Numbered from the stretch's first letter, positions 49,451 through 63,112 are shown. The stretch is 64,000 nt of DNA from Octopus bimaculoides (GCF_001194135.2 NC_068987.1:49228706-49292705); one strand, 5' to 3'. Notes: generated by a model from the sequence alone, not told the origin. A program made the numbers and translations.

Positions 49451-49664
49451 CTTTTCTACTCTGAGCACAAGGTCTAAAATTTTGGGGGAGGGGGTTAGTC
49501 AATTAGATCGACCCAGTATGCAACTGGTACTTAATTTATTGACCCCGAAAGGATGAAATGCAAAGGTGACCTCGGTGGAATTTAAACTCAGAACGTAAAG
49601 ACAGACAAAATACCGCTAAGTATTTCGCCCAGTGTGCTAATGTTTCTGCCAGTTCGCCGCCATG
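49451..49664 (-). mobile_element. Full-length SINE family A with 15-bp TSD, nested in a family E repeat
   Basis: Flanks GAAACAAACAATATT (49436-49450) and GAAATAAACAATATT (49665-49679), 14/15 identical. Confidence 0.9.
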
Positions 49665-49829
49665 GAAATAAACAATATTGTTTGTATGATGATGAAGCTC
49701 TTACAACCATCATGTGACGTCACAACAAAAAGACACACAAACACTCCTTTACAAACTACACAATGGGCTTCTTTCAGTTTCTATCTAGGTAGGAATAAGT
49801 GAGTGCAATGTCATTAGTTTATGAACTTT

Positions 49830-50260
49830 TATGGATGTGTGAGAAGGTTGTGTAAGTACAGGTTGAAAAAGTGCAAGTGAGAGAACAGATCCCTGTAGTT
49901 AACCATTCAGGTAATTGCAGTTTCTGAAGTATTGTTGTTGTACACTATACAGGTTTGGTGACCTGACAAACAGTTTGCTTGACAGCATTCTGGTTTGTTT
50001 CTTAATGTTGAGTATCTTTCATGTGAGTGGATATCAAGGAACAGAGTTAATAACTTTACTGATGTTGGTGCATGCTATAATGGTATGTATGGAACAATTT
50101 TGTGTTATTAAAGCCTCCATCTATTTTCTGTGTTAGGTTTGTGAATAGTGTGTGGTTGAGTTTAGTGGTCTGAATCCATTGATGAGATTTGAAGAGTGGG
50201 ATGTGTGGGTTAGTTATGTCAAATATTAGCTTGTCTAGAATTTTGAGGGTGTACATAGGA
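49830..50260 (-). mobile_element. Highly decayed LINE RT relic
   Basis: Minus strand LQGSVLSLALFNLYLHNL, the QGSVLSP.LFN motif. Confidence 0.45.
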
Positions 50261-50868
50261 AGATAAACATATATTTGTTGTATGTATATGTTTCTACACA
50301 TATGCATACACATCCACATCATATATATATACACACACACACATATATATATATGCACACCTACAATGTATTTATATTTCTCGTGAGAAGCAACAGGATT
50401 CTCTAAACAGTAAATGTTTGTCTGGTAGCCTGGTCTAGACAATCTATAAATAGTTGAATGTTTTAAAACTTTCAACAACTTTCATCAAGTTATCTAATTC
50501 TCAAATCAAGATACCAACTCTCTAATAAACATTCTAACTCAAACTTCCTTATATCTAGAAGAGAGAGAGGACATATTTTAGTTCTGACACTATTTCCATA
50601 GCAATGAGAGCTGAGTTTTCCATAACCCATTGAGTCATTGTGGAACCATTTTGAGAATTACTGTATTTTGTGGTATGGAGATGCATATTTTGTAAAAGAA
50701 AATATAGATACAACACTGACTTTCCAGACACTGATGGTCTGGAACTTCTTATAATTCACACTAATTTACAAGCAAGAACTTCCGATTCCAGCAGCTGCCA
50801 GTCTAGTTTACTGGGTGTCCTTTGTTTCACAGTACCTTGCACAGTACAGTTTTAATAAACTTGCATCA

Positions 50869-51231
50869 TCTATAATAAACATGAAATTCTGTCCATCTGT
50901 CTGTCCAGGACCCTTGTATCTCAGTCTACATTCATTCTACATAGACATATATATCTTTTTGGAATCAGGATGATCCCAGGATTGAAAATCTACCCTTCAT
51001 TTGGTTCTTGAACATCCAGCATTGGGATCAGGTCTGGATGAGGATTTGTTATACGCTAACAATTGAAGATTCAAATAAAAAAAAAAACTCCCAAAATTTG
51101 TGAACTTACAAGTTTTTCATTTAAACTGAGCTTAAGTAATATCATATTAGTAGGGTAGCAACAAATGCTTTATTATTATTATTCTCTTTAGTTTTGGGCC
51201 ATAGGCCCAATTAGCCCTCTGCAGGAGCTAG
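50869..51231 (+). mobile_element. Possible non-autonomous Helitron
   Basis: Starts A|TCTATAATAAA...TCTGTCTGTCC; ends with a TTGGGC-CATAG-GCCCAA hairpin then CTAG, although the 3' flank is C rather than T. Confidence 0.35.
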
Positions 51232-51641
51232 CTTAAAAGTCTGCACAGAGTGAGGCTTTCAAGTTGGTTTAAACTAATGCACAGGTACCTGTATTTAATT
51301 TAATTAAGTAAACATAATATCTGTTTAATTTGAGGTGAAAAATCAATCGTCCAGAAAAGCTTTGGAACAGAAGGCTTCAGAAAATCAATGTTGTATCTGT
51401 ACCTTGAAAATTACTGCGTGCATTCCAAAATTCTTGTTGAGAAGTTACTGTGGTTTTCCTAAATCATCAGGGTGTTTGGCAGCAGTTTTGTTTAGGCACC
51501 AGTAGGTAGATGTGGTATGATCACCATTGTGTGTTGTAGGAATAATCTCAGCATAGTTAAAGGAAAGAGTATAGTGTTGTGTACTATGATGATATCTGGC
51601 AGCAAATCACCAATTAAATATATTTTTGGGCAATAATTTCC

Positions 51642-51819
51642 TGGTTATGGCATTATAACTGGCCAGAATGTTACCATCAGTTTCATGCCACATATTGCAC
51701 CCATGCAGTATGACCACTTTTCCAGCAAGTATAACTGTAAAGTTGTCAATACTGCCCAGATACAATAGTTGGGGTGCAAAGCCAAAGGTAACATTCTGGT
51801 CAGTTATATGCCATAACCA
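51642..51819. mobile_element. MITE with ~34-bp TIRs
   Basis: TGGTTATGGCATTATAACTGGCCAGAATGTTACC / GGTAACATTCTGGTCAGTTATATGCCATAACCA. Confidence 0.8.
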
Positions 51820-52159
51820 ATAATATACTGCTTGACTACATGCGCACACATATATATAACCCAAATTGAATCTGCTTTTCTTATAACAGATGGACAGCTG
51901 ATGATTATATACATATATGGAACCACAGGCAAGTGTCTTCCATAACATCAAATTGATCAATGCCTTGGCAATGAAACTGGTAAATGGAAACAGCATAGGA
52001 GCATATGGGATGGGTGTGAGTGTGTATGCATGTATGTTTATTTCCATGAGTCTTCAAATGACACCATTTAGGCAACAGTGTAAAGAACACAAAAGTTGGT
52101 GGTAGGAAGGTATCATGCCTTAGAATACTGCCAAGAAGTTTTGTCCAATAACAATAATA

Positions 52160-52198
<39 letters not shown>

Positions 52199-52319
52199 GT
52201 TGTATACCATACTAACCATTTAGACATTTAATTCTACTGGATTTAAAACAATGACTACAATATTGATAAAACATAATAATAATAATAATTATTATTATTA
52301 TTTCCCATTTTGGTCAACA

Positions 52320-52513
52320 ACTTATTTCAAGGAGAGGGGAGGGGATGTCAATTTCAGTACTTGACTGGTATGTTATTTTATTGACTTCCAAAGGAAAACT
52401 AATACAGTTGACCTCATAGAATTTGAACTCAGAATGTACAGAACTGGAAGACATGCTGCTAAGCATTTTGTCCAACATGCTATTGACTCTGCCAGCTCAC
52501 TTCCTTAATGATG

Positions 52514-52567
<54 letters not shown>

Positions 52568-53335
52568 GTAGTAATCCTTTCTACTAGAGGCACAAGGCCT
52601 GAAATTACAGGGGAAGGAGTAAGTCGATTACATCAAATCTAGTGCTCAACAGGTACTTATTTTATTGATCCTGGAAGAATGAAAGGCAAAGTCAACCTCA
52701 GCAGAATTTGAACTTAAAATGTAAAGAACCAGAGAAAATGTCACAAAGAATTTTGTCTGATGTGCTAATGATTCTGCTAGCTTACTGCCATAATAATAAT
52801 AACAACAACAACAATAGTACATGGGACAAATAGGGGCTGCAAGTACATGGAACAAATAGGGGCTGCAATAAGGGTTGAGCACTTGCAGAAAACAGCACTG
52901 CTTGGAACCGCTTGAATACGCCGGATGGTGTTAAAAAAATAAGGGATGTTACCTTAGTTCACTGGTAGTGAACAGCTGACACCATAGTACATCCCCAGCG
53001 TTAGAAGCTGTGCAAAGACAATAAAATAATAATTTTTCTGGAAATATGGATAGTTTATCCTGTTCATGCTAAATTATTAGCATTATCCTGTGTTTGAGAA
53101 TAAAAAATGACTTCCTTATCTGTATCTTTCAATAATAATAATAGTTTCAAATTTTGGCACAAGGCCAGCAATTTTGGGGAAAGGACTAAGTCAATTAAAT
53201 CAACCCTANNNNNNNNNNCCAAAAGGGTGAAAGGCAAAGGTAACCCTGGCGGAATTGGAACCTAGAACGTAAAAACAGATGAAGTTCTGCTAAGTATTTT
53301 GCGCAGCTTGCTAACAATTCTGCCAGCTCGCTGCC
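52320..53335 (-). mobile_element. Cluster of three SINE family A copies (52320-52505, 52570-52790, 53145-53335) separated by (TAA)n
   Basis: Reverse complement of the family A consensus. Confidence 0.8.
52800..53032 (+). mobile_element. R4/Dong-like 3' terminal fragment
   Basis: LQKTALLGTA*IRRMVL C-terminal motif, flanked by TAA-type repeats; 26-bp tandem duplication at ~52817-52870. Confidence 0.6.
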
Positions 53336-53350
53336 CCTAATAAAAACGAT

Positions 53351-53394
<44 letters not shown>

Positions 53395-53395
<1 letters not shown>

Positions 53396-53700
53396 TGTAA
53401 GGATGTGGGCAATGAGGAGAGTAACTGTTAAGAAATATGTTGGAGAAATTGGAATTGACATGAAGGCAAAAAAAAAAAAAACTGCTCTATTGGGGACAGA
53501 TAGGATTTTGAGATTGGTGCTTGGGTGTTGAGTGTCTTCCATAATAGTTAACATCTAAGTACCAAAGCTTATAGCTTGCAGAAAGAGACCCTGTGAGACC
53601 TTTGACAACAGGTTGCTGTCTGCTCTCACAGAATCAACCAGAGCAAGTAAGACTGAGAGTTTTAAGAAGTAAAATAATATTAATAATAATAATAATAATA
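53395..53700 (+). mobile_element. R4/Dong-like 3' terminal fragment
   Basis: IVRMWAMRRV...KTALLGTDRILRLVL; (TAA)n on both sides. Confidence 0.6.
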
Positions 53701-54198
53701 ATCTTCTAAGAACTCAATAAATAGAAAATGTTATTATACATAGAGATACTGTTGTACACAAAAAAGCAAAAAAAGATGTAAAAATGATGATGGCGATGAT
53801 GGTGGTGGTGGTGGTGGTGGTGGTGTTGATGATAACCATATACTCTAATCATTTAGCCATTCACTCCTGCTGTTATTGACAAAAAATTAATTAATCAAAA
53901 ATAATTAAAAATTTTTAAAGCATGGATGTATACACTTCACTGAAAATTTTTCAGGTGAGGAATTTTCACTGAAAAAGAAGATAGAAATGAATGAAATACT
54001 TTCTGGAATTCTTGAAAATAAAAGGAAAAAGAAATGAGATAGCATTAACCTCAGCTACTTATTAATTCTATTGGCTATTAGCATTTTGTGTTTGTTATAA
54101 ATTTTGAACTGAAATTTAAAAGATAAATTAAATGAAACAGATAAAACACTATTATTTTGTTATCTCATTATTTCATTTCATTTCAGTTTCATTTAAAC

Positions 54199-54432
54199 CA
54201 ATGGTTCTGAACCATTTTTTGCCTAGGGATCCCTTGGTTCCTATTTTACTCAGATGGACCCTCCTAACCATTTGATGTTTAAAAAATCCTATGATACTTT
54301 TATAATTAAAAATTTTTAGGAATTGCACGTAAAAAAAATTGTTAAAATATTTTGTGTATTGTTGAAGTATAATCAATTTATCACAGATAAATTTTAACGA
54401 CATTTTATGTGGACCTCAACTGAGAACTACTG
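54199..54432. mobile_element. hAT-type MITE with 8-bp TSD
   Basis: Ends CAATGGTTCTGAACC / ACTGAGAACTACTG; flanks ATTTAAAC / ATTTAGAC. Confidence 0.75.
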
Positions 54433-54858
54433 ATTTAGACTAATATCAATTAGTGCATAAGTGAATAAAGAGATTTTCAGTGTTTGGTTTTGTTTTCTTC
54501 TTGTTTCAGTTTGCACAAATATGTGTGTGTGTGCATGTATGAGCAATATTGAGCTGAACTTTCCTTTGTCCTCACACCATCTTTATAGAATTTATACAGT
54601 ATAAGCGTCCACTTACTAAGTCTTCTTTGGGGAGACAAGGATCACAACACTTTTCTCCCTCTCTCTCTCTCTGTACACCACACACACACATATTGTTATG
54701 CACAATAAGCTCTCTGTCTCTATGTGTGTGTGTGTGTGTATATATATGTGTGTGTGTGTGTATATATATGGGAGAATTTACGAAAAAAACAACAGAAGAA
54801 GACAGGTGGTGTAAACAACAAATGGATGTATTAGTTTAATGCTCGGGAATAGAGAAAG

Positions 54859-54895
54859 TCTTTGACATTTCGAGCCTACGCTCTTCAACTGAAAG
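54859..54895 (-). ncRNA. Second, more degenerate hammerhead-like motif
   Basis: Minus strand CTTT-CAGTTGA-A-GAGC-GTAG-GCTC-GAAA-TGTC-AAAG. Confidence 0.4.
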
Positions 54896-55155
54896 GAACA
54901 CAGAAAGAAATAAGGAGAGAAACAAGGAGAAAAAAATATAAATGTAGTGGTCAGCGATCTATCATGGTGAATGTGCATATGTGTGCATGTGTATATGTGT
55001 GCATGTGTGTGTATATATATATGTATGTATGCATGTATATGTAGCCAAATTCTATTTTACATAGGTTCTAATTGACACATATGATACATTGGTAATAAGC
55101 TTTTCTAAAAGTCAGTAAATAGATACCACACCTACACTTCTTCACAAGCAATGAA

Positions 55156-56386
55156 TTGGGCCACCCCATAAATAATACTTCTTTTTAATCTAAAATATAC
55201 TCTCCTTCATTTTCTACAATTCTCTTCCATCTATCTGGTAGACTTGCAAGGCTCCTCTTCCAAAATTCACTTGCCCACAGTGAAAAATACTCCTCTAGTA
55301 TTGTTCTGACCTCATCTACAGAATTCATATTTTTTCATCCAAATAATTTTGAAGACTGTGGAATAAATGATAATCAGATGATGGTGCAATGTCCAGTGAA
55401 TATGGTGGGTGGGGCACTGTTTCTCATTCAAACTGCTCTAGCCTTTCGAATATCATCCTCGCTGTATGTGGCCAAGCATTATCCTGGCGGAAGAACACTG
55501 TTCGTCTTGAAACCAAAGATAGTTGTTTCTCTTCTAGTGATGACTTAAGCCACTCAAGCTGCTCGCAGTAGATCTCCTTTGTTATCGTTTGGTTTGGATT
55601 TAAAAGTTCAAAGTTCAAACCTTTCATATCCTACCAAACAGATAACAACACCTTATGTGGGTGAAGACATTCTTTAGCCTGGGGTGCCAGTATTTCTCCT
55701 TTCCATACTCACTGTCTTCAGCACTTGACATTTTTATAGAGAACCCACTTCTGAACACCAGTCACTATTTCGTCCAAAAAAGATTCATTTGTGAAACATG
55801 ACAGCAAAAAAGAGCATACATTCACTCTTTGCATACAATTAGAGTCGGAAAGTTTCTGAGGAACCCATTGACCCAATTTTCTGACTTTCCCAATGGCACA
55901 CAGGTGTCGATGAATAGATGAATGACCAAATTCAAGCTTCTCTGCTAGTTCCTGAACAGTTATGATGGGATTTTGTTCCACCAGGGTTTGCAGGATGTCC
56001 TCGACAAGCTGTACATATCTTCCAGGATGAAGCTTGTCTTCTAGTCTGTTGTTTCTGGCTCAGTATTTTTGGAATCACTGTTGACACTGGCTTATGCTTA
56101 TTGTCCAATCCCCATATACTGCATTAATATTCCTCATACTTTCTGTTGCATTGTTGCCTTTATTGAACTCATAAAGCAAAATATGCTGAATATGCTCCTT
56201 TGTCACTTCCATTATAGCTTTAAAAAAATAACTGTTAAAATCGAACTGCACTCTTCAAATGAATAAGCACAAGGTAAAATTAATACCTGCTTTTATAGCA
56301 AGTTGTTGCAGGTAGTTTATCCCATCGCCCTCTGATTTTTAGTTCATGTAATTGAAAAAAACCACATTATTTATGGGATGACCCAA
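55156..56386 (-). mobile_element. Full-length degenerate mariner element (~1.23 kb) with both TIRs
   Basis: TIRs TTGGGCCACCCCATAAATAAT / ATTATTTATGGGATGACCCAA(TA). Transposase motifs KEHIQHILLYEF, GQWVPQKL, IVTGVQKW, QDNAWPH, HPPYSLDIAPSDYHLF. Confidence 0.92.
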
Positions 56387-56599
56387 TATTTCCATGGAAA
56401 ATCATTAGCTTATTTTGCCATGTCTTTTGTCAATATTATCATGAGCAGTGTCATACATTTTATCATTATTGCAATCATGTTTATCCTTCACTCCTCATTT
56501 TCATTGATATTTCTGTATCTGTGTCTATGGCCGTTGCTGAGCAATAAATACAACAAAACTGTTCAACAACAACAGCAACTACTATTACTACTACTACCA

Positions 56600-56632
<33 letters not shown>

Positions 56633-57194
56633 TTACCACTACTATTATTATTACCACCACCACAACAACAATTCACATATATTTATATGCATGTATGCTT
56701 GTGTACATATATATTTATATAAATGTGTGTGCAAGAAAATTATTCAAAATACATCATCAAGTATACATAATGTCACTGAGTCATATGAGACCAAATTGAG
56801 AGAAACAAGGTGTTTCCCGATACACTGTCACAACAATTTTATCTCTTAAAAATAGCTATCAGCTAAAATTTTTCAATCACTGTTTTTCCATATCAGGAGA
56901 GGCTAAATTTGTTTCAGCATGCAGTTGCTAGTGGATATCTGCTACTAATGAAGCTTAAAGAAGCAGAAATATGTACTTAGCAATGCCATCACTGCTGCTG
57001 GACAATTTTTGTCTGCTGCTGATACATTTCAGTTCTTTTTAACACTACATGTTTATAAAAGATACTTTTTTGAAACAAATGCCACAATTTTCAGGCTTTT
57101 AACAATATATCTGCTTTAAATATTGTATAACGATTGCTGTTTTGAAATAATACTATTTCTGTTTGCTAATAAGAAATATATATAAATTCTTTTA

Positions 57195-57406
57195 TTCTTT
57201 TATTTGGTTCAGTTGTGTGTGACTGTGGCCATGCTGGAGCACCACCTTTTAGTCAAAGAAATCGACCTCAGGACTTATTCTTTGTAAGCCTGGTACTTAT
57301 TGTATCAGTCTCTTTTGCCAAACTGCTAAGTTGTGGAGATGTAAACATCGGTCGTCAAGCGATGGTGGGAGGACAAACACAGACACAAAGACACACACAT
57401 AAATAT

Positions 57407-57470
<64 letters not shown>

Positions 57471-57632
57471 ACGACGGGCTTCTTTCAATTTCCATCCATC
57501 GAATCCACTCACAAGGCTTCGGTTGGCCCGAGGCGTTAGTAGAAGACACTTGGCCAAGGTGTCATGCAGTGGGACTGAACCCAGAATCATGTGGTTGGGA
57601 AGCAAGCTTCTTACCACACAACCATGCCTGTA
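57195..57632 (-). mobile_element. Complete composite SINE B/C: tRNA-like head, internal (TA)n/(TG)n, 3' domain, (AAAGAAT)-type tail
   Basis: B head 57470-57632, microsatellite ~57390-57468 and C part 57205-57385 are contiguous and co-oriented. Confidence 0.85.
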
Positions 57633-57934
57633 CCTCTACACAGCCACACCTGCACCTATAGAAGTATATGTCTACATATACATATATACTTATATGTATA
57701 TACACACATTCATGTATATATTTACATATGTGCGTGCGTGTGTGTATAATAGGTACAAGTGTGACTGTGTGGTGAAATAGCTTGTTCCCACTCATGTGGT
57801 CTTAGGCCAGTCCTGCTATATGGCACCTTGGGTAAGTGCCTTCTACTATAACTTTGAGCAGACCAAAGTGTGTGAGTGAATTCGGTACACAGAAACTGTA
57901 CAGAAGCCGATCATACACCCACACATACACACAG

Positions 57935-57983
<49 letters not shown>

Positions 57984-58064
57984 ATATATATATATATACA
58001 TACACACACAAATCTGTATATATATATATATACATACACAAACCCGTATATATCTATCTATCTA

Positions 58065-58097
<33 letters not shown>

Positions 58098-58902
58098 NNN
58101 NNNNNNNNNNNNNNNNNNNNNNNNNNNNNNNNNNNNNNNNNNNNNNNNNNNNNNNNNNNNNNNNNNNNNNNNNNNNNNNNNNNNNNNNNNNNNNNNNNNN
58201 NNNNNNNNNNNNNNNNNNNNNNNNNNNNNNNNNNNNNNNNNNNNNNNNNNNNNNNNNNNNNNNNNNNNNNNNNNNNNNNNNNNNNNNNNNNNNNNNNNNN
58301 NNNNNNNNNNNNNNNNNNNNNNNNNNNNNNNNNNNNNNNNNNNNNNNNNNNNNNNNNNNNNNNNNNNNNNNNNNNNNNNNNNNNNNNNNNNNNNNNNNNN
58401 NNNNNNNNNNNNNNNNNNNNNNNNNNNNNNNNNNNNNNNNNNNNNNNNNNNNNNNNNNNNNNNNNNNNNNNNNNNNNNNNNNNNNNNNNNNNNNNNNNNN
58501 NNNNNNNNNNNNNNNNNNNNNNNNNNNNNNNNNNNNNNNNNNNNNNNNNNNNNNNNNNNNNNNNNNNNNNNNNNNNNNNNNNNNNNNNNNNNNNNNNNNN
58601 NNNNNNNNNNNNNNNNNNNNNNNNNNNNNNNNNNNNNNNNNNNNNNNNNNNNNNNNNNNNNNNNNNNNNNNNNNNNNNNNNNNNNNNNNNNNNNNNNNNN
58701 NNNNNNNNNNNNNNNNNNNNNNNNNNNNNNNNNNNNNNNNNNNNNNNNNNNNNNNNNNNNNNNNNNNNNNNNNNNNNNNNNNNNNNNNNNNNNNNNNNNN
58801 NNNNNNNNNNNNNNNNNNNNNNNNNNNNNNNNNNNNNNNNNNNNNNNNNNNNNNNNNNNNNNNNNNNNNNNNNNNNNNNNNNNNNNNNNNNNNNNNNNNN
58901 NN

Positions 58903-58942
<40 letters not shown>

Positions 58943-59896
58943 AATGCATATCAGTATTTTGATTATGTCACATACTATGATGATAATTATCATTGACACC
59001 CTTAAAAGTAAATAGAATATCTTAAAACTTGGAGTTTTGTTGTCCATGTGCATATCCTGTTGGATATTATGGGTTGTGCTTGGGAAATTGCATATTATCT
59101 TTAATCTTTCTCTTTGACTCCACATTCTTTTTAATAACACTAGTTTATAGAAAACTTTGTAAAATAATTAGGGAGTTTTGTTTTCTACCAAAACTTGTAG
59201 ATATCATGGTATGTTAGAGATATCACCCACATATTTTTAGTAACATTACAGAAGGATTTTTGATAAAATGAAGAAAAAGGAAAATCCAGAATGAAGCCAT
59301 ATGAAAAATATTTCAGTCTAATGTAAAAGATCCCCAGATTAGCATAATATAACAATTTAAAATGTAGATTAATGAATAATTTGGGAAATTCCAGGAAATA
59401 ATTTTTTCTTAAAGAAAGCACACTTACACTACTTCAGAATTTTCTAGAAAGTCTATTAAAAATCATTGAGCTAAAATATGAAGAAAACTTAAGTGAAGGA
59501 AATCTTAAAACTGATAATTTGAATGGCATATTTTTAGAAATATTTGGAAATAGAGATCAAGTTAGTAGTGCAATGTAGTTCAATCAGGAGAGGAGTGGAA
59601 AAAAAAAGAAGTGTATATAAGCAAAGCTGTGCAGATAATTAACAGAAAACTTACTATAAATTTGATAAACAAAGCTTTCATTTATACAAATTTTTATTAT
59701 GTAAATCAGTATCACACAAATAATGAACAAATTAATCAAGAAAATCAATTAATTCCATAAAAATCAAATCAATGATAAGATAGGTAACAAATTTTATCTA
59801 TTATTATAGACAAAATATTTATCTATCTTTATAGATTAAAAACAAACATAGATAACAAATTGCTTGGCCACTTTTATATTTGTATATATATATGTG

Positions 59897-59938
<42 letters not shown>

Positions 59939-60026
59939 CATATGCATGTATATATATATATCTGTGTGTGTATACATATGTAGTATGTATATATATATAT
60001 GTAGCATATATAAACAGTACATATAC

Positions 60027-60067
<41 letters not shown>

Positions 60068-60112
60068 GGGCATTACTACAGAAAAATAATGCCACACATT
60101 ATATATATATAC

Positions 60113-60335
60113 ACGAGGGGGAGTCAAAATTTATCTGCACTTTCACCATAACATATCTTTATTATTATCACATTGCCTTCAGCACATGCGTACTTATAGT
60201 TGGTACTATTGTGGTCACATGATCAAAGTTTGAGCCTGATCATGCCATTTTCCTTCCTGGCTTTACAGTGTAAGCATAGCCACTCCACTAGCAATGTGCA
60301 TCAGATCAGAGAACAAAGAGCAGTGATCCCTGAGA
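60113..60335 (+). mobile_element. mariner 5' fragment
   Basis: TIR-like ACGAGGGGGAGTCAAAA after a TA repeat; N-terminal EQRAVI motif. Confidence 0.55.
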
Positions 60336-60369
60336 TGGTAATGGTGAACTGGTTCACCATTACTCGTAT

Positions 60370-61300
60370 ATATGTGTATATATATACATGTGTATATATA
60401 AGGGAAGGTGCTGCGTCTGGGTCAGGAAAGCTAGGGTACTGCCTGAAATTAAGACGGAGTGGGTAGTAGTGACCATCCTAGCATCCACCAAGGATAAGCC
60501 GGAGCTTAGAGAAGTTGGAAGAATGGATATGTTGAATTGGTGGGGAAGTGGGGTAGAGATGTGGTTCTTGGCCACATTTGAAGATATAGAGAGGCTTCCC
60601 TAATAGGTAGAGATTGAAGGGGAAAATTCCCTGAAAGGGATAGTAGAGGGTCGCAGACCCAACTGCTACATCTGCAGTGAAAGGAGGCATATGAAACTGA
60701 AGTGTACCCTATATAAGCAGACTGTTCCATTGCAGAGTGAGAAAGAGGAGATAGAAGGAGAAATGGAGATGGAAGGAAGGATGGAGGCAGAAATAGAAAA
60801 GAGAAAAAACAAGAACCATGAGCAAGAGAAGGAAGAGATAGAGGAAAAAATGAAAGTGGCAAAAGAGGGTTCGTCAGCCCCAAGAGCAGGAAGAAAGCGA
60901 GATCAAGGGAAGTGTTACAGTGAGTGAAAGCAGAAGCAGGGAAGGCAGACAAAAAAGATAAAGAGCCGCCTGAACCTGCACACGAAGTGGATAAGAATCT
61001 AGCGAGGAGACCAGAAGGTGCAAAGTTCAGCAAGCATAAAGGCATTTTAATTTTTTATATGAAATCAATTGAGAAGAGAATATCAAAATGGAAGAATTTA
61101 ATTAGAGTGAAGCTACCTAAGGGGAGGTTCAAAGAAGAGGAAATATGTGTAATGGTGAATCAGGAAATGAGCAACAATCTATGGAAATATTGCAGTGAAT
61201 TTATCATAAGTATGAATGGACTGGTGTACTATAATGGAAGGCCGTCAGTTGTGGATTATACAAGGATGGAGAATTTCAAGGAAAAGGTTATTAATTTATA
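60370..61300 (+). mobile_element. Decayed LINE ORF1-like (gag-like) sequence with a CCHC knuckle
   Basis: GIVEGRRPNCYICSERRHMKLKC (C-x2-C-x4-H-x4-C) followed by an E/K-rich low-complexity tail; internal stops; no ORF2 seen. Confidence 0.55.
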
Positions 61301-62989
61301 ATGAACATTTTTTGGGGAGGAGAAAAAAAAAAGTGGGGAAAAAATGTGAACTATTTCTTTTTAAGAAGAAAATTGTGATTTCTTGAGAATGTGTTGTGGA
61401 AAAAAACAATGAGGAAAAAAACAATGAGGAAAAAAAGAAGAGAAAAACTGTCTAAATAACCACTCGACTCCGGGGGTTGAGTGGGCATTCTGCTTCATTA
61501 TTTCATCTTTTCATAATTCATTCGTTTCTTTTATTTTTACTTCTTTCCTTCAACTTCTATTTTATAATTTTAGTTCCCCAATTCTATGTATGCCTTGTTG
61601 TGTATTATCTTTATGTATCGTATTTGTCTTGATAATTTCAATGTATGCATTTTATAAGTAATAAAAAAATCTGTGTTTGTACCCCCACCATTGCTTGACA
61701 ACCAATGTTGCTATGTTTACGTTCCCATAACTTAGTGGTTCAGCGAAAAACACTGATAGAATAAGTACTAGGCTTACAAAGAATAAATCCTGTGGCCGAT
61801 TTTTTCGACCAAAGGCGGTGCTCCAGCATGGCCACAGTCACATGACTGAAACAAGTAAAACAATAAAAAAACTATGCCATTTTAATCCTGAGCATGGTCG
61901 GGTATCTCTGCTAGTAACCTCTAAAAGAACCAACAAAGTGTCAGAGTGGAGAAGGAACAGGTGTTCATCAAGGTTGTCTCAAACCAGCCATATGCTTCAA
62001 CTTCTACTTTGAAGATGATAAGAAAGTCAGTGGAGAGAACATCAGCAAGCTACAGCTTATTGCCAATATAGTCCTTATTACAAACAAACTATCATGGACT
62101 TTGTAGCCATTCCACTTCATTCATTTTCAGTCTAAGTAGGTATTTCCTAGATTACTAAAAAATTTCAGAATTTGAAATAAGCAAGTCACATTAAATGGAG
62201 GAGAAGCAGCCTTAAATTTCACTTACATGTAAAATGAATTTATCAGATTTTATTTCAAAATACTTAAATCTTATTTATACCAAAGTAGTTTTACATTGAT
62301 GTAGAACTTGGAATTTTGGTGGAAAAGGAAGTGGGAAGTTGTCACATTTAAACATTCTTTGAAGAGTATTAATGATGTAAGCAAAGTTAAGTGGTTCCAG
62401 CAGGAAATAGAAGCAAGGACATTAATACAACTTGCTCATAACTAAGCTTTGCTACCCACCTCTCTCCTCAAAGGATAAATCTATTTAAATTCTATTTTCA
62501 CAACTAAATCTTGACAGAACTAATTTAGTAAAAACTAAAGCACTTTGTAATAGTATCCTTTAGTAACATGCCTTGTTACTAAATATAATGTTGTTGAATA
62601 TTGTTTTTATCATTTTTTAGTGTTATATACCCAGTTTTTATACACATTTTATAACTTTTATAAACATAGTTTTATATACATATTTTTCTATGAAAGGAAA
62701 GTTGATTCTATAAACTTAGGAATTTGAAAATAGGTCTCATTTTTTATCTTGGGTATATCTTTTATCTTTTACTTGTTTCAGTCATTTGACTGCAGCCATG
62801 CTGAGGTGCCACCTTGAAAGGCAAACAAATTGACCCCAGGACATTTTTTTTTAAAGCCTGGTACTTATTCTATCAGGATCTTTTGCCAAACTGCTAAGTT
62901 ACAAGGACACATAAACACATCAACACCATCTGTCAGGCAGTGGTGGGGAAAAAACACAAATACATAAATATCATCATCATCAGGGACAC

Positions 62990-63112
62990 ATATACCTAGA
63001 TATCAGCATCATCACCATCATCATCATTTAACGTCTGCTCTCCATGCTGGCATGGGTTGGATGATTTGACTGAGGACCGGGAAGCCAGGAGGCTGCACCA
63101 GGCTCCAATCTG
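62990..63112 (-). mobile_element. RTE-type 3' end nested between the C and B parts of a B/C SINE
   Basis: (CAT)n tail plus the shared 3' terminus, between 62770-62955 (C) and 63140-63290 (B). Confidence 0.75.

Noticed and set aside
4267-59140. Long ORFs containing X runs
   Set aside because: They stay open only because they cross N-gaps.
62221-62530. Minus-strand GTAAGT donor at 62226 (also one near 54615) as upstream PDLIM exons
   Set aside because: No open frame resembling PDZ or ZM motifs; the upstream exons are probably in gaps or beyond the window.
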